Source: Granulicella sp.
Lineage (GTDB): Bacteria > Acidobacteriota > Terriglobia > Terriglobales > Acidobacteriaceae
Length of the DNA stretch: 16,064 bases
Direction: 5' to 3'
Assembly (NCBI GenBank): GCA_027339965.1
Contig: DAHWNL010000005.1
Span: forward strand, 1 to 16,064
Shown: positions 15,854 through 16,064 of the stretch, in pieces
Layout of the letters: every line of letters begins with the position of its first letter
Numbering within the stretch: position 1 is the stretch's first letter
The notes under the pieces: model-generated
What the model was told of the DNA's origin: nothing
What the model saw: the letters and a program-made list of their open reading frames with translations, nothing else
Databases searched by the model: none
Translations under genes and position numbers: made by a program

Positions 15854-16064
15854 GGCGACTCTGATTAAGTTCTTACGTTTCCACCGTCCGATGGTTCTAG
15901 TTTGCAATCATCGAGGTGAGCGTGGATGGAACAGCAGCAGAGGTTGGCGATGGCGGCAGGATGTGAGAAGTGCGCGAAGGTGACGCGTGGTGCAGAGTTT
16001 CTTTCGCAGATGGAGATCGTGGTTCCGTGGGGTGAGTTGTGGGCCGAGATCGAGCCGTTTTATC
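15854..16064 (+). mobile_element. IS5-family (IS5 subgroup) insertion sequence, left end
   Basis: GGCGACTCTGATTAAGTT after ..TAG resembles IS5-subgroup left ends (GG-N-CTGATTAA). The transposase start follows ~70 bp later. Confidence 0.7.
15926..16064 (+). CDS. IS5-family transposase, N-terminal part (runs off window; integrity unknown)
   Basis: GAGGTG RBS, then MEQQQRLAMAAGCEKCAKVTRGAEFLSQMEIVVPWGELWAEIEPFY, matching the IS5 N-terminus pattern K-x-T-R-R-x-x-F-L-x-x-M-x-x-x-V-P-W-x-x-L-x-x-x-I-E-P-x-Y. Confidence 0.85.
   Translation, partial: MEQQQRLAMAAGCEKCAKVTRGAEFLSQMEIVVPWGELWAEIEPFY

Overview
GC-rich bacterial window, most likely Acidobacteriota (inferred from the Oar-type TonB receptor, paired VPS10/BNR proteins and the sedolisin architecture). 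The left 1 kb looks like the decayed edge of an element integrated at a tRNA. It holds an IS630 transposase (amber stop at codon 9) inserted into an IS701 remnant, followed by arm-like repeats and a perfect IHF consensus next to the CCA end of tRNA-Ile2(CAT). The middle holds five genes for predicted exported proteins: two divergent VPS10/BNR beta-propeller paralogues, a TonB-dependent receptor, a YceI protein and a large S53 (sedolisin) protease. Two ~88% identical copies of a 115-bp MITE-like element flank the protease region, and an IS5 element starts at the end of the second copy. The most striking observation is the protease C-terminus. Its last Ig-like domain appears to be split by a membrane hairpin carrying an internal lipobox (LAG-C), so the final two beta-strands sit on a predicted 43-aa lipopeptide. 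This may be a strand-complementation surface-anchoring system. All family calls come from motif recognition by eye; no database searches were run.
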